Positions 38,601 through 48,065 of a stretch of 64,000 nucleotides of DNA are shown one piece after another. This DNA is from Candidatus Latescibacterota bacterium (lineage in GTDB: Bacteria > Latescibacterota > UBA2968 > UBA8231): NCBI GenBank assembly GCA_965248265.1, contig CBDFJF010000002.1, forward strand, positions 3,200,001 through 3,264,000, written 5' to 3'. Positions within the stretch are counted from its first letter, which is position 1. Each line of letters opens with the position of its first letter. The position numbers and the translations under genes are program-made. The notes under the pieces were generated by a model that was not told where the DNA came from, did no database searches, and worked only from the letters and a program-made list of their open reading frames with translations.

Positions 38601-39953
38601 ATGCAGGAAATCGCCGGCGTAGAAGACGAACCCAAGGAAACGGGAAGTGATCAGAGTCAGCACGAGTTGGCAGACCAGCCAGCAGGCTCTGGCGACGCGC
38701 AGGACTCCGACAGAACGCAGGACTCCGACAGAACGCAGGACAGCACAGAAGCGAATCCGGCGGTCCGACCCGAAGTGGACAAGGCCGTGGAGCCACGTAG
38801 CACGGACGACACCAGCATCAGCGTCGGTGACAAGGTCAGCGGGGTGTTAACCCGTGTTGGTGAAGACGATTCCTTCGTCGATTTCGGTGGAGCCGCGGAG
38901 GGAAGAATCCCCTCTTCCGAGTTACGTGATTCCGCATCCGGTAGCTCGAGTTTCGATACGGGCGATCCGCTGGAGGCTTTCGTCTCGGCTCTGGATGGAA
39001 CTGGGATTGTGCTCTCACGCGAACAGCCCGAGAGTGCCTCTGGTGCTGAGAGGGCGACCGACTTGCTCTACAACGCCTACAAAGCTGGCACCCCGGTAAA
39101 GGGGCGTGTCGTCGTCGTCAACAAATGGGGTCTGGGGGTGGATATCAGTGGCATCCGGGGGTTTTGCCCGGTGTCCCTGATCGATGTCGGTTTCGTCAAA
39201 GACACCGCTTCCTATCGCGATCAGGAGCTCGAATTCAAGATCACCCGTTTCAAGGATGAGGGAAGGACTCTCGTCGTATCCCGGCGCGCACTGCTGCAGG
39301 ATGAGCAGGGCAAGGAAGCGGAGGAAGTACGCGCGACCATCCAGGTGGGGGCCAGGTTGGAGGGAACGGTGACGAGGGTCCAACCCTACGGGGCGTTCGT
39401 CGATCTGGGGGCAGGAGTTGAGGGCCTGATTCATGTTTCCGAGCTAAAGCACGAGCGCGTCGAGCATCCACAGGACGTCGTAGAGCAAGGCGCTCAGGTG
39501 ACGATAGCCGTTATCCGTGTGCAAAAACTGGGTGACCGCAAGGCGGAACGAATCTCACTCTCTTTGAAGGCACTGGTAGAGGATCCCTGGGACAAGGTCA
39601 AGGGACAGTTTTCCACCGGCAGCGTCGTCGACGGCAAAGTCGAAGCGCTTGAGGAGTACGGTGCCATGGTGGCGCTCGCTGACAACGTCAAAGGCATGAT
39701 CCACGTGTCGGAGATCGCTCAGAAGAGGATCGCGCATCCTCGAGAGATGCTCTCGGTCGGTGAAAGCGTGCGGGTGGCGGTGATCGAGATGGACGATCGT
39801 CGCCGGCGTTTGCGCCTGTCACTGCGGCGCGCTGAGCAGATGGAAGATGCCGCCAACCTGCGGGAGTTCCAGAAACGTGACGAGGAAGAAGCGAAGTCGA
39901 GTGATCCGCAGAACGCTTTGACCGACGCGCTTCAGCGAGCTCGCCTGGCTTGA
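38601..39953 (+). CDS. S1 RNA-binding repeat protein (short RpsA-like paralogue, 4 S1 domains, acidic N-terminal extension)
   Basis: 'GFCPVSLID', 'YGAFVDLGAGVEGLIHVSEL', 'GMIHVSEI', 'RISLSLK'. Start assumed at ATG 38601 after AGGAGCAGGAAGG. Confidence 0.85.
   Translation: MQEIAGVEDEPKETGSDQSQHELADQPAGSGDAQDSDRTQDSDRTQDSTEANPAVRPEVDKAVEPRSTDDTSISVGDKVSGVLTRVGEDDSFVDFGGAAEGRIPSSELRDSASGSSSFDTGDPLEAFVSALDGTGIVLSREQPESASGAERATDLLYNAYKAGTPVKGRVVVVNKWGLGVDISGIRGFCPVSLIDVGFVKDTASYRDQELEFKITRFKDEGRTLVVSRRALLQDEQGKEAEEVRATIQVGARLEGTVTRVQPYGAFVDLGAGVEGLIHVSELKHERVEHPQDVVEQGAQVTIAVIRVQKLGDRKAERISLSLKALVEDPWDKVKGQFSTGSVVDGKVEALEEYGAMVALADNVKGMIHVSEIAQKRIAHPREMLSVGESVRVAVIEMDDRRRRLRLSLRRAEQMEDAANLREFQKRDEEEAKSSDPQNALTDALQRARLA
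38698..38741 (+). repeat. In-frame 18-bp tandem repeat x2.4 encoding QDSDRT
   Basis: CGCAGGACTCCGACAGAA twice, then CGCAGGAC. Confidence 0.85.
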
Positions 39954-41248
39954 CGACCGAGAGCGTTTTGTCCTCCCGTCCGGCACCCAAAAAGGACAGT
40001 CTGCGAGCGTCCATCCTGTCTCCGCAACGACCGGGATATTTTGGAGCTTACGGCGGCGCCTTCGTGCCGGAGATTCTGCGTTCCACCCTCGACGAACTGG
40101 CCGAGGCCTTCGACGAGGCCAGTCGCGATCCGTCGTTCTGGGAAGATTATATCAGCGTCATGGGTTCCTATTCCTGTCGTCCGACGCCGATAACGCACCT
40201 CGAGAACCTCTCGAGGCAGATCGGTGGGGCCCAAGTCTATCTCAAGAGAGAGGATTTGAACCATACCGGTGCCCACAAGGCCAACAACGTCATGGGCCAG
40301 GGCTTGCTTGTGCAGCGGATGGGCAAGAAGCGTGTGATCGCCGAGACCGGGGCTGGCCAGCATGGTGTGGCGACGGCGACGATGGCTGCCAGGTTTGGTC
40401 TTGATTGTACAGTGTACATGGGAGCCGAGGATGTCGAGCGACAGCGTCCGAACGTGTTCTGGATGGAGCAGCTCGGAGCAGAGGTCGTCTCTGTCAGTGA
40501 CGGCACCGCCACGCTCAAAGACGCAATCAATGAGTGCTTTCGCGATTGGGCGTACTCGATGGAGGACACCCATTACGCACTCGGGACTGCCTGTGGGCCG
40601 CACCCCTTTCCTCAAATGGTGGCCTATTTCCAGCAGATCATCGGGTTGGAGAGCCGTGAGCAGATGCTCACGAATCTGGGAGGGGAACTCCCTGACCGCG
40701 TGTATGCCTGTGTCGGGGGAGGCTCCAACGCCACCGGAATCTTCCTGGGATTCCTCGATGACGAGGAGGTTGAACTGGTCGGTGTCGAAGCTGGAGGCCG
40801 TGGACTCAGTTCGGGTGCACACGCCGCCCGCCTGGCCGGCACGGATGGCTCACCCGGCGTGGCTCAGGGGTACAAGACCTATTTCCTGCAAAACGATGAA
40901 GGGCAGATGCGTGACACCCATTCGGTCTCGGCCGGTCTCGATTACATCGGCGTCAGTCCGATCCTCGCCTATTTGCATGAGCTGGGACGTGTGCGGTTCG
41001 AAGCCGCAACCGATGAAGAGGTCATCACCACCTTCAAACGTGTGATGCGGGCAGAGGGAATCATCGGGGCATTGGAAAGCACACACGCAGTGGCCGGGGC
41101 GCTGCGCGAGGCGGGTGCCATGGAGCCGACTCAGGCCATCCTGGTTAGCCTTTCCGGTCGCGGTGACAAGGATATCTTCACCATCGGCGACGCCCTGGAT
41201 GACGCCAGCTGGAAGCAGTTCCTGAAGAACAAGGCATCAACGCTGTGA
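39950..41248 (+). CDS. trpB: Tryptophan synthase beta subunit
   Basis: 'LKREDLNHTGAHKANN', 'AETGAGQHG', 'CVGGGSN', 'SAGLDY', 'LSGRGDKD'. Confidence 0.97.
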   Translation: MTTESVLSSRPAPKKDSLRASILSPQRPGYFGAYGGAFVPEILRSTLDELAEAFDEASRDPSFWEDYISVMGSYSCRPTPITHLENLSRQIGGAQVYLKREDLNHTGAHKANNVMGQGLLVQRMGKKRVIAETGAGQHGVATATMAARFGLDCTVYMGAEDVERQRPNVFWMEQLGAEVVSVSDGTATLKDAINECFRDWAYSMEDTHYALGTACGPHPFPQMVAYFQQIIGLESREQMLTNLGGELPDRVYACVGGGSNATGIFLGFLDDEEVELVGVEAGGRGLSSGAHAARLAGTDGSPGVAQGYKTYFLQNDEGQMRDTHSVSAGLDYIGVSPILAYLHELGRVRFEAATDEEVITTFKRVMRAEGIIGALESTHAVAGALREAGAMEPTQAILVSLSGRGDKDIFTIGDALDDASWKQFLKNKASTL

Positions 41249-41272
41249 CCGAGCCGCGAAGATGATGGTTCT

Positions 41273-42052
41273 GTGAACCTTGCCGACTACATAACTGAGC
41301 GACGAAGGTCTCGGCAGATTCTGCTGATGACCCACGTCATCGTCGGATATCCCTCGGTAGAAGCCAACTGGCGAATGCTCGAGATCATGGCGGCGGCGGA
41401 CGTTGATCTGGTTGAGTTGCAAATGCCCTTCAGCGAGCCAGTCGCTGACGGCCCGACTTTCGTACGGGCAAACCAGCACGCCCTGGAGAAGGGGTTACCG
41501 GTCGAGGAGTACCTCGACTTGATGAAGCGGTCTACTTCCAGCTTCAGTTTTCCACACATCTGGATGGGGTACTACAACACCGTCTACCAGATGGGCCATG
41601 AACGCTTCTGCCAATCCCTGCGAGAGAACGGCGCTGTTGGACATATCCTTCCCGACTTGCCGTTCGAGGAGTACGGCGATCTGTTCGAATTGAGCCGTCG
41701 CGATGAATTGAGTCCTGTGATGCTGATGACCCCGACGAACACGGAGGAGCGCCTGCGTGCCATCGGTGAAAGGGCTTCGGGATTCGTCTACGCGGTGGCT
41801 CGCAAGGGTGTTACAGGTAAGAAGACGGAACTGGAGCAGGACCTATTCGGTTTCCTCGAGCGTTGCCGGCGAGCAACAGACTTGCCCTTGGCCCTGGGCT
41901 TCGGGTTGCGCAACGGACAGGATCTGAAGGATCTCCATGGTGTAACCGAGATGGCCATCGTGGGGTCGGCGCTGCTGGATGCCTGGGAACAAGGGGGTGA
42001 GAGTGCCTACCGTGATCTCGTCGAGGAGCTGAGCGAGCACAGAAGCAGTTGA
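41273..42052 (+). CDS. trpA: Tryptophan synthase alpha subunit
   Basis: 'ELQMPFSEPVADGP', 'MGYYN', 'PDLP.EE', 'GVTG', 'GFG', 'IVGSA'. Confidence 0.95.
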   Translation: MNLADYITERRRSRQILLMTHVIVGYPSVEANWRMLEIMAAADVDLVELQMPFSEPVADGPTFVRANQHALEKGLPVEEYLDLMKRSTSSFSFPHIWMGYYNTVYQMGHERFCQSLRENGAVGHILPDLPFEEYGDLFELSRRDELSPVMLMTPTNTEERLRAIGERASGFVYAVARKGVTGKKTELEQDLFGFLERCRRATDLPLALGFGLRNGQDLKDLHGVTEMAIVGSALLDAWEQGGESAYRDLVEELSEHRSS

Positions 42053-42073
42053 CCCACACGCGCAACTTTCCTG

Positions 42074-42958
42074 TCAACTGGCGCTTTGTTCGAGAGCTTG
42101 TTGCAGGTAGGTGGCGTAGTCACACGTGGGCAACTGGTCAATGATGGCCTGCAACTGGGACTTGTTGATGTATCCCTGATTGAAGGCGATTTCTTCCAGA
42201 CAGGCGATTTTCAATCCCTGTCTTTTTTCGATGGCCTCGATGAAGGCATTGGCCTCTTGCAGGCTGGAGGGTGTTCCCGTGTCTAGCCACGCGATACCGC
42301 GACCCAATTTCGACACCCGCAGTTCATCCCGTTCCAGGTAGGCGCGGTTGACGTCGGTGATCTCGAACTCTCCACGAGCCGACGGCTTGAGTGATTTGCT
42401 GATATCGATGACTTCATTGCCGTAGACGTACAACCCCGGAACGGCGTAGTTCGATTTCGGGGCAGTCGGTTTCTCTTCGATGCTGAGAACGGCTCCCGCA
42501 TGGTCAAACTCGATGACACCGAACTCTTCAGGATTGCTGACGTAGTAGCCGAATATCAACCCTCCTCCGGGAAAATTCCCGACCACACCGGCGAATCCGT
42601 CGTTGTCGTAGAAAAAATCACCGTAGAAGATGTTGTCTCCCAGGATCATGGTAACGGAGCCGTCACCGATGAATTCTTCGGCCAACAGAAAGGCCTGGGC
42701 GATCCCCCGAGGCTCTTCCTGGACGACATAGGTGAAGGAGATGCCCAGATCGCTTCCGTCCCCGAGGAAGTCTTCGAACAGGGGCAGATCACGGGGGGTC
42801 GAGATGATGCAGATTTCGGTGATGCCACCCAGCATGAGGGTCGCCAGGGGATAGCAGATCATCGGTTTGTCGTAAACGGGGAGCAGCTGTTTGCAGACGA
42901 TACGGGACAGGGGAAACAGCCTCGAGCCGGTTCCTCCTGCCAGGATGATACCTTTCAT
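42074..42958 (-). CDS. rfbA: Glucose-1-phosphate thymidylyltransferase
   Basis: 'MKGIILAGGTGSRLFP', 'KQLLPVYDKPMI.YP', 'LGDNIFYG', 'EEKP', 'WLDTGT'. Start ATG 42958. Confidence 0.96.
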   Translation of the reverse strand: MKGIILAGGTGSRLFPLSRIVCKQLLPVYDKPMICYPLATLMLGGITEICIISTPRDLPLFEDFLGDGSDLGISFTYVVQEEPRGIAQAFLLAEEFIGDGSVTMILGDNIFYGDFFYDNDGFAGVVGNFPGGGLIFGYYVSNPEEFGVIEFDHAGAVLSIEEKPTAPKSNYAVPGLYVYGNEVIDISKSLKPSARGEFEITDVNRAYLERDELRVSKLGRGIAWLDTGTPSSLQEANAFIEAIEKRQGLKIACLEEIAFNQGYINKSQLQAIIDQLPTCDYATYLQQALEQSAS

Positions 42959-43358
42959 AGGCCTTTCGCCATGAGGTGGGGGACGACGGTCGCGGTTGGA
43001 GTGTTGGTGGTGAAAGCGGGCAAGGTACGGGAGATCCTTGGGGGCGGCAAGAGCGAGCGGATCAAGGGGTGACAACATCAAACCGCATTGTATATTTTAT
43101 CCTACAACAATTTGGCCTCGCTCATGAAGCATCGCCCGCGTACGGCTGCATCATCGAAGTGAACCTATTGCCCTGTCACGAAAGTACTCTTGTATTCGAC
43201 CGCCGATTTCATCCCGACCTGCGGCGTCGCGCTCAATCGGCATGTCCTACCGATATGCCTTTCTCGCGCGCCTTGCAGGCCGGGCGACTCGGGACCCTCA
43301 TTTCACAAGCCTACTTCTGTGACAGGGCACTATACGTGAATCCTGGATGTAGCGATCC

Positions 43359-43796
43359 TTGACGTCGACTACCAAGACAGTTGCCAGCGTGGTCCTCAGC
43401 GCATTGGTGGTGGGTGCACTCGTGCACTGTGATGACTCCGCTGATGATGAAGAGTTTCACGGTCCCGCAGCCGGGTTCGTCAAAACGGCCGAGATTCGGC
43501 AGGGACGCCGGCTGTACATGACCAGCGGATGTCCGCTGTGTCACGGCAAACAGGGCCGCGGTGATGGTGCGTTGGCGGGCAAATACAATCCCAGGCCGAC
43601 TGACCTGACCAATCCTGAGGCCTTCAGAGGCCGCAGCGATGTAGAGACGCTGGCCAGGGTGATTCGGGACGGCTTTGGGGACAAGGACAACCTGACGATG
43701 CCGGCGTATCCGCACCTCTCGGACAAGGACCGCCGCCGTATCGCTCACTTCATTCGCTCGCAATTCAGCAATGAAGGCAAATCAGACACGGACTAG
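43359..43796 (+). CDS. Exported monoheme c-type cytochrome
   Basis: Signal-like N-terminus; 'GCPLCHGKQGRGDG...PRPTDLT'; distal 'MPAY'. Confidence 0.85.
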   Translation: MTSTTKTVASVVLSALVVGALVHCDDSADDEEFHGPAAGFVKTAEIRQGRRLYMTSGCPLCHGKQGRGDGALAGKYNPRPTDLTNPEAFRGRSDVETLARVIRDGFGDKDNLTMPAYPHLSDKDRRRIAHFIRSQFSNEGKSDTD

Positions 43797-43822
43797 AAGC
43801 GCAGGAAAGTGAAGGGGTTCTC

Positions 43823-44914
43823 ATGAGCAGAGGGGTATTCGGTTCTTTCTTGATGGCAGTCGTCGTCGCCATGGTGTCCCCAGTACTGGGCCACCAGATG
43901 AACACCAGTTACACCAGTGTTGCAGCGACAGAGGATCGGCTACAGGTGACAGTCACGTTGGATGAGGCGGATCTGTTGGCCTTCTTTGACCTGGATGGCA
44001 ATGATGACGGCGTGATCTGGTATGGAGAAATGAAGAGCGGTGCGGCCCCGGTGTTCGATTATGTCGAAGAGCGCACCTGGATCCTCATCGACGGTGAGGC
44101 CCTGGCCCTTACCAGGGGAGATGCCGAACCCCGGTTGGACAAGAAGGGTACCCTTCTCCTCGACTTGCGGTTCGAGGGCCCGATATCGGGACTGCCGGCA
44201 GTGATCGAGGTGCACACAGCCGTGTTCGAGCGCCTGAGCCCCGACCACCGGAACCTGGTCGATGTCTCAGCGCCCCAATTGGAGCCTCAGGTCGCCGTGC
44301 TTTCTAGGGAAGTGGCGAAACAGCGATTCGTTTTGCGTGAGCCCGGAGTACTGGAACGCGTCGGCCAGTTCACGTGGTGGGGAGTAGAGCACATTTTCAT
44401 CGGCTACGATCACATCATGTTCCTGCTAGCGCTGATCATCATCGGGGGCAGTCTGCGGGGATTGGTGAAGATCGTTTCGGCTTTCACCGTAGCCCACAGT
44501 ATCACCTTGATCTTGGCGGCGCTCGAGGTCGTCGTGTTGCCCGGCCGTTTGGTCGAGTCGGGCATCGCTCTGAGTATCGCCTACGTGGCGCTGGAGAATT
44601 TCTGGGTCAAGGATGCCGGTCATCGGTGGATGCTCACGTTCTTCTTCGGTCTCGTCCATGGATTCGGTTTCGCCAACGTGCTCCTGGATCTGGGCTTGCC
44701 GTCGAAGGGGTTGATCGCGTCCCTGCTCGCCTTCAACGTCGGTGTCGAACTGGGACAGGTAGCCATCGTCTCGATCCTGTTCCCGCTGCTATACGCGCTG
44801 CGACGGACCCTGCATCGACAGAAGATCGTGTGGCTGGTTTCCGCGATCGTGTTCCTGTTCGGCATAGGATGGTTGATTGAGCGAGTCCTGGACCTGTCCT
44901 ACATGCCCTTTTGA
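43823..44914 (+). CDS. HupE/UreJ family membrane protein with an N-terminal periplasmic domain
   Basis: Signal ending 'VLG-H'; 'GVEHIFIGYDHIMF', 'AFTVAHSITL', 'FGLVHGFGFA', 'FNVGVELGQ'. Confidence 0.9.
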   Translation: MSRGVFGSFLMAVVVAMVSPVLGHQMNTSYTSVAATEDRLQVTVTLDEADLLAFFDLDGNDDGVIWYGEMKSGAAPVFDYVEERTWILIDGEALALTRGDAEPRLDKKGTLLLDLRFEGPISGLPAVIEVHTAVFERLSPDHRNLVDVSAPQLEPQVAVLSREVAKQRFVLREPGVLERVGQFTWWGVEHIFIGYDHIMFLLALIIIGGSLRGLVKIVSAFTVAHSITLILAALEVVVLPGRLVESGIALSIAYVALENFWVKDAGHRWMLTFFFGLVHGFGFANVLLDLGLPSKGLIASLLAFNVGVELGQVAIVSILFPLLYALRRTLHRQKIVWLVSAIVFLFGIGWLIERVLDLSYMPF

Positions 44915-44929
44915 GCCCGGGAGCCAGGC

Positions 44930-46249
44930 TCAGTCGTCCGGCTCAGATCGTTCAGGTGAGGGTGTGGGTGGGGCATGGGCGCCAATACCGCCGACTTCCA
45001 GAATCTGGTGCTCGTACACTTGCCTGACGATATCTTTTTCTGCCGCAGAGGTGAGTTCTTCGAACTTAAGCTTCACGACGGTCGAGGTCCCTCTGCCTTT
45101 CTGCTCCCCGACAGCCGTACAGACGATGGCCGCCAGCGGAAACGAACCTCTGAAGTCGGGATCCACAAGCCATCGCTGAGAGCCGGTGGGCAAGCCCTCA
45201 TCGAACAGTACGCCCATGCCGCCTGCACTGATATTGACGGCCTGGCCGTGGATCGGACGGGACTTGTCCAGTGGTTGTTGGGATCCGCCAGGTTCCGATT
45301 CCTTCGCATCCACTGAAGCGTCAAGTGCCTCCCATCCTCCTTCAGAGGCGTCTGGGACGCCGTCGGCACCATCGAGGTCAGCCGCTTCTGTGTCACCATC
45401 ATTGTCCAACAGGGCCACAGCGGCCTGTGCCTGTTCCGCCGGCCCTGCATCCTCGGGCTCGGGGGACTCCTCCAGTTGGTACAGCGTGATCGGGAAGTGT
45501 ACGTTGACGCGCACGAAGTCTCGTTGTTGCAGCCGTTCCACCTCCCCCGTGTGCCGGAGTATCAGGGCGGATTCGGCACCCAGGTCGATGATGCGGGTGT
45601 CAAAGCGATACTCGGTATCTCCGTCTCGCCAGAACCGGATGGACATCTCATCACCTGGGCGAAACTGTGACGGAACCTCGTGATCCCGCTCTCTGAGCAG
45701 GGGGCTCATCGTCAGCGACGCCTCATCGCGATCGACCAGAATCCAGGGGGTGAAGCCCTCCTTGTGATCATCGGATTCCCACACCAGAAGGGTCTGTCCC
45801 TTCTCCACCTGCCGGGTCGAAGTCAGGGCCTGCGCCAAGGATATTTCGTCGAAACCAAGAGCCTGCCGGATTTCAGCGATGCGTGACAGATCGCGGTGCT
45901 CTAAATTCTTGGCGGCAAGGTCGGTGGCATGGTCGCCAACGTGACGCTCGAAGAACGAGGCGGAGGATAGCAAACGGCGGGGATTCTTCAAGTGCAGGCG
46001 ACGGCTGATCAATCGGATGAACTCGATCTGCCCGGATTTCAATCCCAACTCGCGGCCTAGTTGCACGAACAGATTCTCCTGTTCGCGATGTTGGCGGTAC
46101 CGCCGAGTCAGGTAGAGGATGACGATGAGGACCAGGCCGATGCCGAGCAGATAGAACACGGTCTGACTGAACAGAGTCGGTTCCGCGCTTCGAGGGCGAA
46201 GCAGCGGCAGGATCTCGCGGATGCGATCGTTATCTATGCCTGCCAGCAT
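44930..46249 (-). CDS. Membrane-anchored PilZ-domain (YcgR/flagellar brake-like) c-di-GMP receptor
   Basis: N-terminal TM helix; YcgR-like N-domain 'IRFWRDGDTEYRFDT'; RxxxR 'QQRDFVR'; 'NISAGG'. Start uncertain (46249 or 46276). Confidence 0.8.
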   Translation of the reverse strand: MLAGIDNDRIREILPLLRPRSAEPTLFSQTVFYLLGIGLVLIVILYLTRRYRQHREQENLFVQLGRELGLKSGQIEFIRLISRRLHLKNPRRLLSSASFFERHVGDHATDLAAKNLEHRDLSRIAEIRQALGFDEISLAQALTSTRQVEKGQTLLVWESDDHKEGFTPWILVDRDEASLTMSPLLRERDHEVPSQFRPGDEMSIRFWRDGDTEYRFDTRIIDLGAESALILRHTGEVERLQQRDFVRVNVHFPITLYQLEESPEPEDAGPAEQAQAAVALLDNDGDTEAADLDGADGVPDASEGGWEALDASVDAKESEPGGSQQPLDKSRPIHGQAVNISAGGMGVLFDEGLPTGSQRWLVDPDFRGSFPLAAIVCTAVGEQKGRGTSTVVKLKFEELTSAAEKDIVRQVYEHQILEVGGIGAHAPPTPSPERSEPDD

Positions 46250-47168
46250 TGGAACGTCGCAAGGCTTCGGTTTCAATGGCGGTCGGAATCGAACTCATGG
46301 CGCCAGCACGGGTGACGGACAGGGCAGCCGCTGCGGCGGCGATCTCGAGTGCTTCCGGTGTGGAGTCGCCGACAGACAAGGCGGCAACGAAATACCCGAT
46401 GAAGGTATCGCCGGCCCCGGTGGAGTCCACCACTCGGTCCACCGGGACAGGCTCGACGACGACCGGATCCGCCTGCCCTTCTCCAGCAACGAACACGGCC
46501 CCCGCTGAGCCGAGGGTGATCACCAACTCCGTTTCCGGAAGCCGTGATCGAAGGTCCCCGACCATCTGCTCGAGGGTCGCTTTCTCTTCATCCACTCCGA
46601 TCAACAGTGCGGCCTCCGACTGGTTGACGAACAGCAGACTCGCCTGGTGCAGGGGGAGGTACTCCAGTATTCCAGAGGAAGCTGGAGCAGGATTGACGCA
46701 GACCCGCAACCCCTTTCTGCACCCTTCCTTAATAAGATACGGTATTTCGCTTATCTCATTCTGCAGCAATAAGAAATCACCAGGTTGGAAGTTCTCGAGC
46801 ACCGCTTCGATCTGGCTCTTCCTGATGTTGTGATTGCACCCGGGAAACACTACGATCGAGTTCTCGCCACGGGCGTCTACCTGGATGATGGCATGGCCGC
46901 CGGGGGTTTCCTCATCAACGACGATGTGAGTGACATCAACGCCGCGCTTTTCCAGTTCCAGCGCCAGCCAACGCCCTTCAGGGCCAACGCGGCCGCAGTG
47001 ATAGACTCGCGCGCCGGCAGCGGCCAGCGCGGCAGACTGGTTGGCTCCTTTTCCTCCGGCGAATACTTCGTATGAAGCGCTGGCCAGAGTCTCACCGGGC
47101 CGGGCGACGTGATCTACATGATAGACGTGGTCAATGTTCAGAGAGCCGATGTTCAGGACGCTATACAT
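46230..47168 (-). CDS. rbsK: Ribokinase (PfkB family)
   Basis: 'GSLNID', 'GGKGANQSAA', 'GENSI', 'LLQNE', 'VDSTGAGDTF'. Confidence 0.9.
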   Translation of the reverse strand: MYSVLNIGSLNIDHVYHVDHVARPGETLASASYEVFAGGKGANQSAALAAAGARVYHCGRVGPEGRWLALELEKRGVDVTHIVVDEETPGGHAIIQVDARGENSIVVFPGCNHNIRKSQIEAVLENFQPGDFLLLQNEISEIPYLIKEGCRKGLRVCVNPAPASSGILEYLPLHQASLLFVNQSEAALLIGVDEEKATLEQMVGDLRSRLPETELVITLGSAGAVFVAGEGQADPVVVEPVPVDRVVDSTGAGDTFIGYFVAALSVGDSTPEALEIAAAAAALSVTRAGAMSSIPTAIETEALRRSNAGRHR

Positions 47169-47236
47169 CAGCGTTGGACGCTACACATCAGCGTTGGACG
47201 CTACGCATCAGCGTTGGTGCGCTACACATCAGCGCT
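47156..47236. repeat. 20-bp tandem repeat x4 overlapping the rbsK start codon
   Basis: GGACGCTATACATCAGCGTT / GGACGCTACACATCAGCGTT / GGACGCTACGCATCAGCGTT / GGTGCGCTACACATCAGCGCT; no spacers. Confidence 0.92.
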
Positions 47237-47256
47237 GGAGACGCAGGCCGTCAGCG

Positions 47257-48000
47257 TCAGGGGCGCTGGACATCAGCCAGGGCTTGCTTGGCTGCCCCTT
47301 CCATCAACCGGAAGTCGCTGCCCAAATCAATGAAGGAAAAGCCTTCGCGGATTCGCTGACGGGCGGCGGCGGCGTCGGGTACGGGAATTCCGGAGGGTTT
47401 TCCGGCGCGTTCGCTTCCCTCGCGCAGACGCTGGAGTGCGGCCTCGTGGTCCGGGTCGCCGGCGGCCACGCCCATCGACAGGGCCAAATCTCCTGGTCCC
47501 AGAAAGACAATGTCTACCCCTTCCACATTGCCGATGGCCTCCGCGTTGTCGATGCCTTCGAGGTCTTCGATCTGCGGGATGCACAGGACGGCGTCGTTGA
47601 AGGTACTCCGATAGTCAGATCCCAAGGTCACGCATCGGCCGGTGCCGGCCGAACGAGTACCCTGGGGTGGAAAGCGCATGGCGCGGGAGAGCTCCTCTGC
47701 CTGCTCCGGTGTGCTGACATGAGGATAGACGATACCCCAGGCTCCAGCGTCGAGGACGCGAGCCGTCGTCACCGGGTCGTGGTCCCACACGCGCACCAGA
47801 GGCAAGGCTCCGCGGGCCTCAATGGCTCTGAGGCTGTGAGCGATTGAGCTGATGTCGTAAGGGGCATGCTCGGCGTCGACGACGAGCCAGCTGAAACCGA
47901 CGGAGGCCATCACCTCGGCAGCCATGGGTGATTCGAGGTTGAGCCAGGATCCTATGGAGGGTTTGCCAGACGCCAGTCTCTCTTTGATCGGATTATTCAA
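47257..48000 (-). CDS. HpcH/HpaI aldolase family protein
   Basis: 'IGSWL', 'VDAEH', 'LDAGAWG..YPHV', 'PPQGTR', 'QIE', 'FLGPGDL'. Likely TTG start at 48000 after AGGAAGG. Confidence 0.92.
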   Translation of the reverse strand: MNNPIKERLASGKPSIGSWLNLESPMAAEVMASVGFSWLVVDAEHAPYDISSIAHSLRAIEARGALPLVRVWDHDPVTTARVLDAGAWGIVYPHVSTPEQAEELSRAMRFPPQGTRSAGTGRCVTLGSDYRSTFNDAVLCIPQIEDLEGIDNAEAIGNVEGVDIVFLGPGDLALSMGVAAGDPDHEAALQRLREGSERAGKPSGIPVPDAAAARQRIREGFSFIDLGSDFRLMEGAAKQALADVQRP

Positions 48001-48065
48001 TTCCGCTGTGCCTTCCTGTGTGTTCGGCAACGGTGTGGCGTGAGCCGAGGGGTGGTGACGGGCGA

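Noticed and set aside
47156-47236. Possible mini-CRISPR array
   Set aside because: The units are directly adjacent with no unique spacers, are only 20 bp long, and there are no cas genes in the window. It is a tandem repeat.
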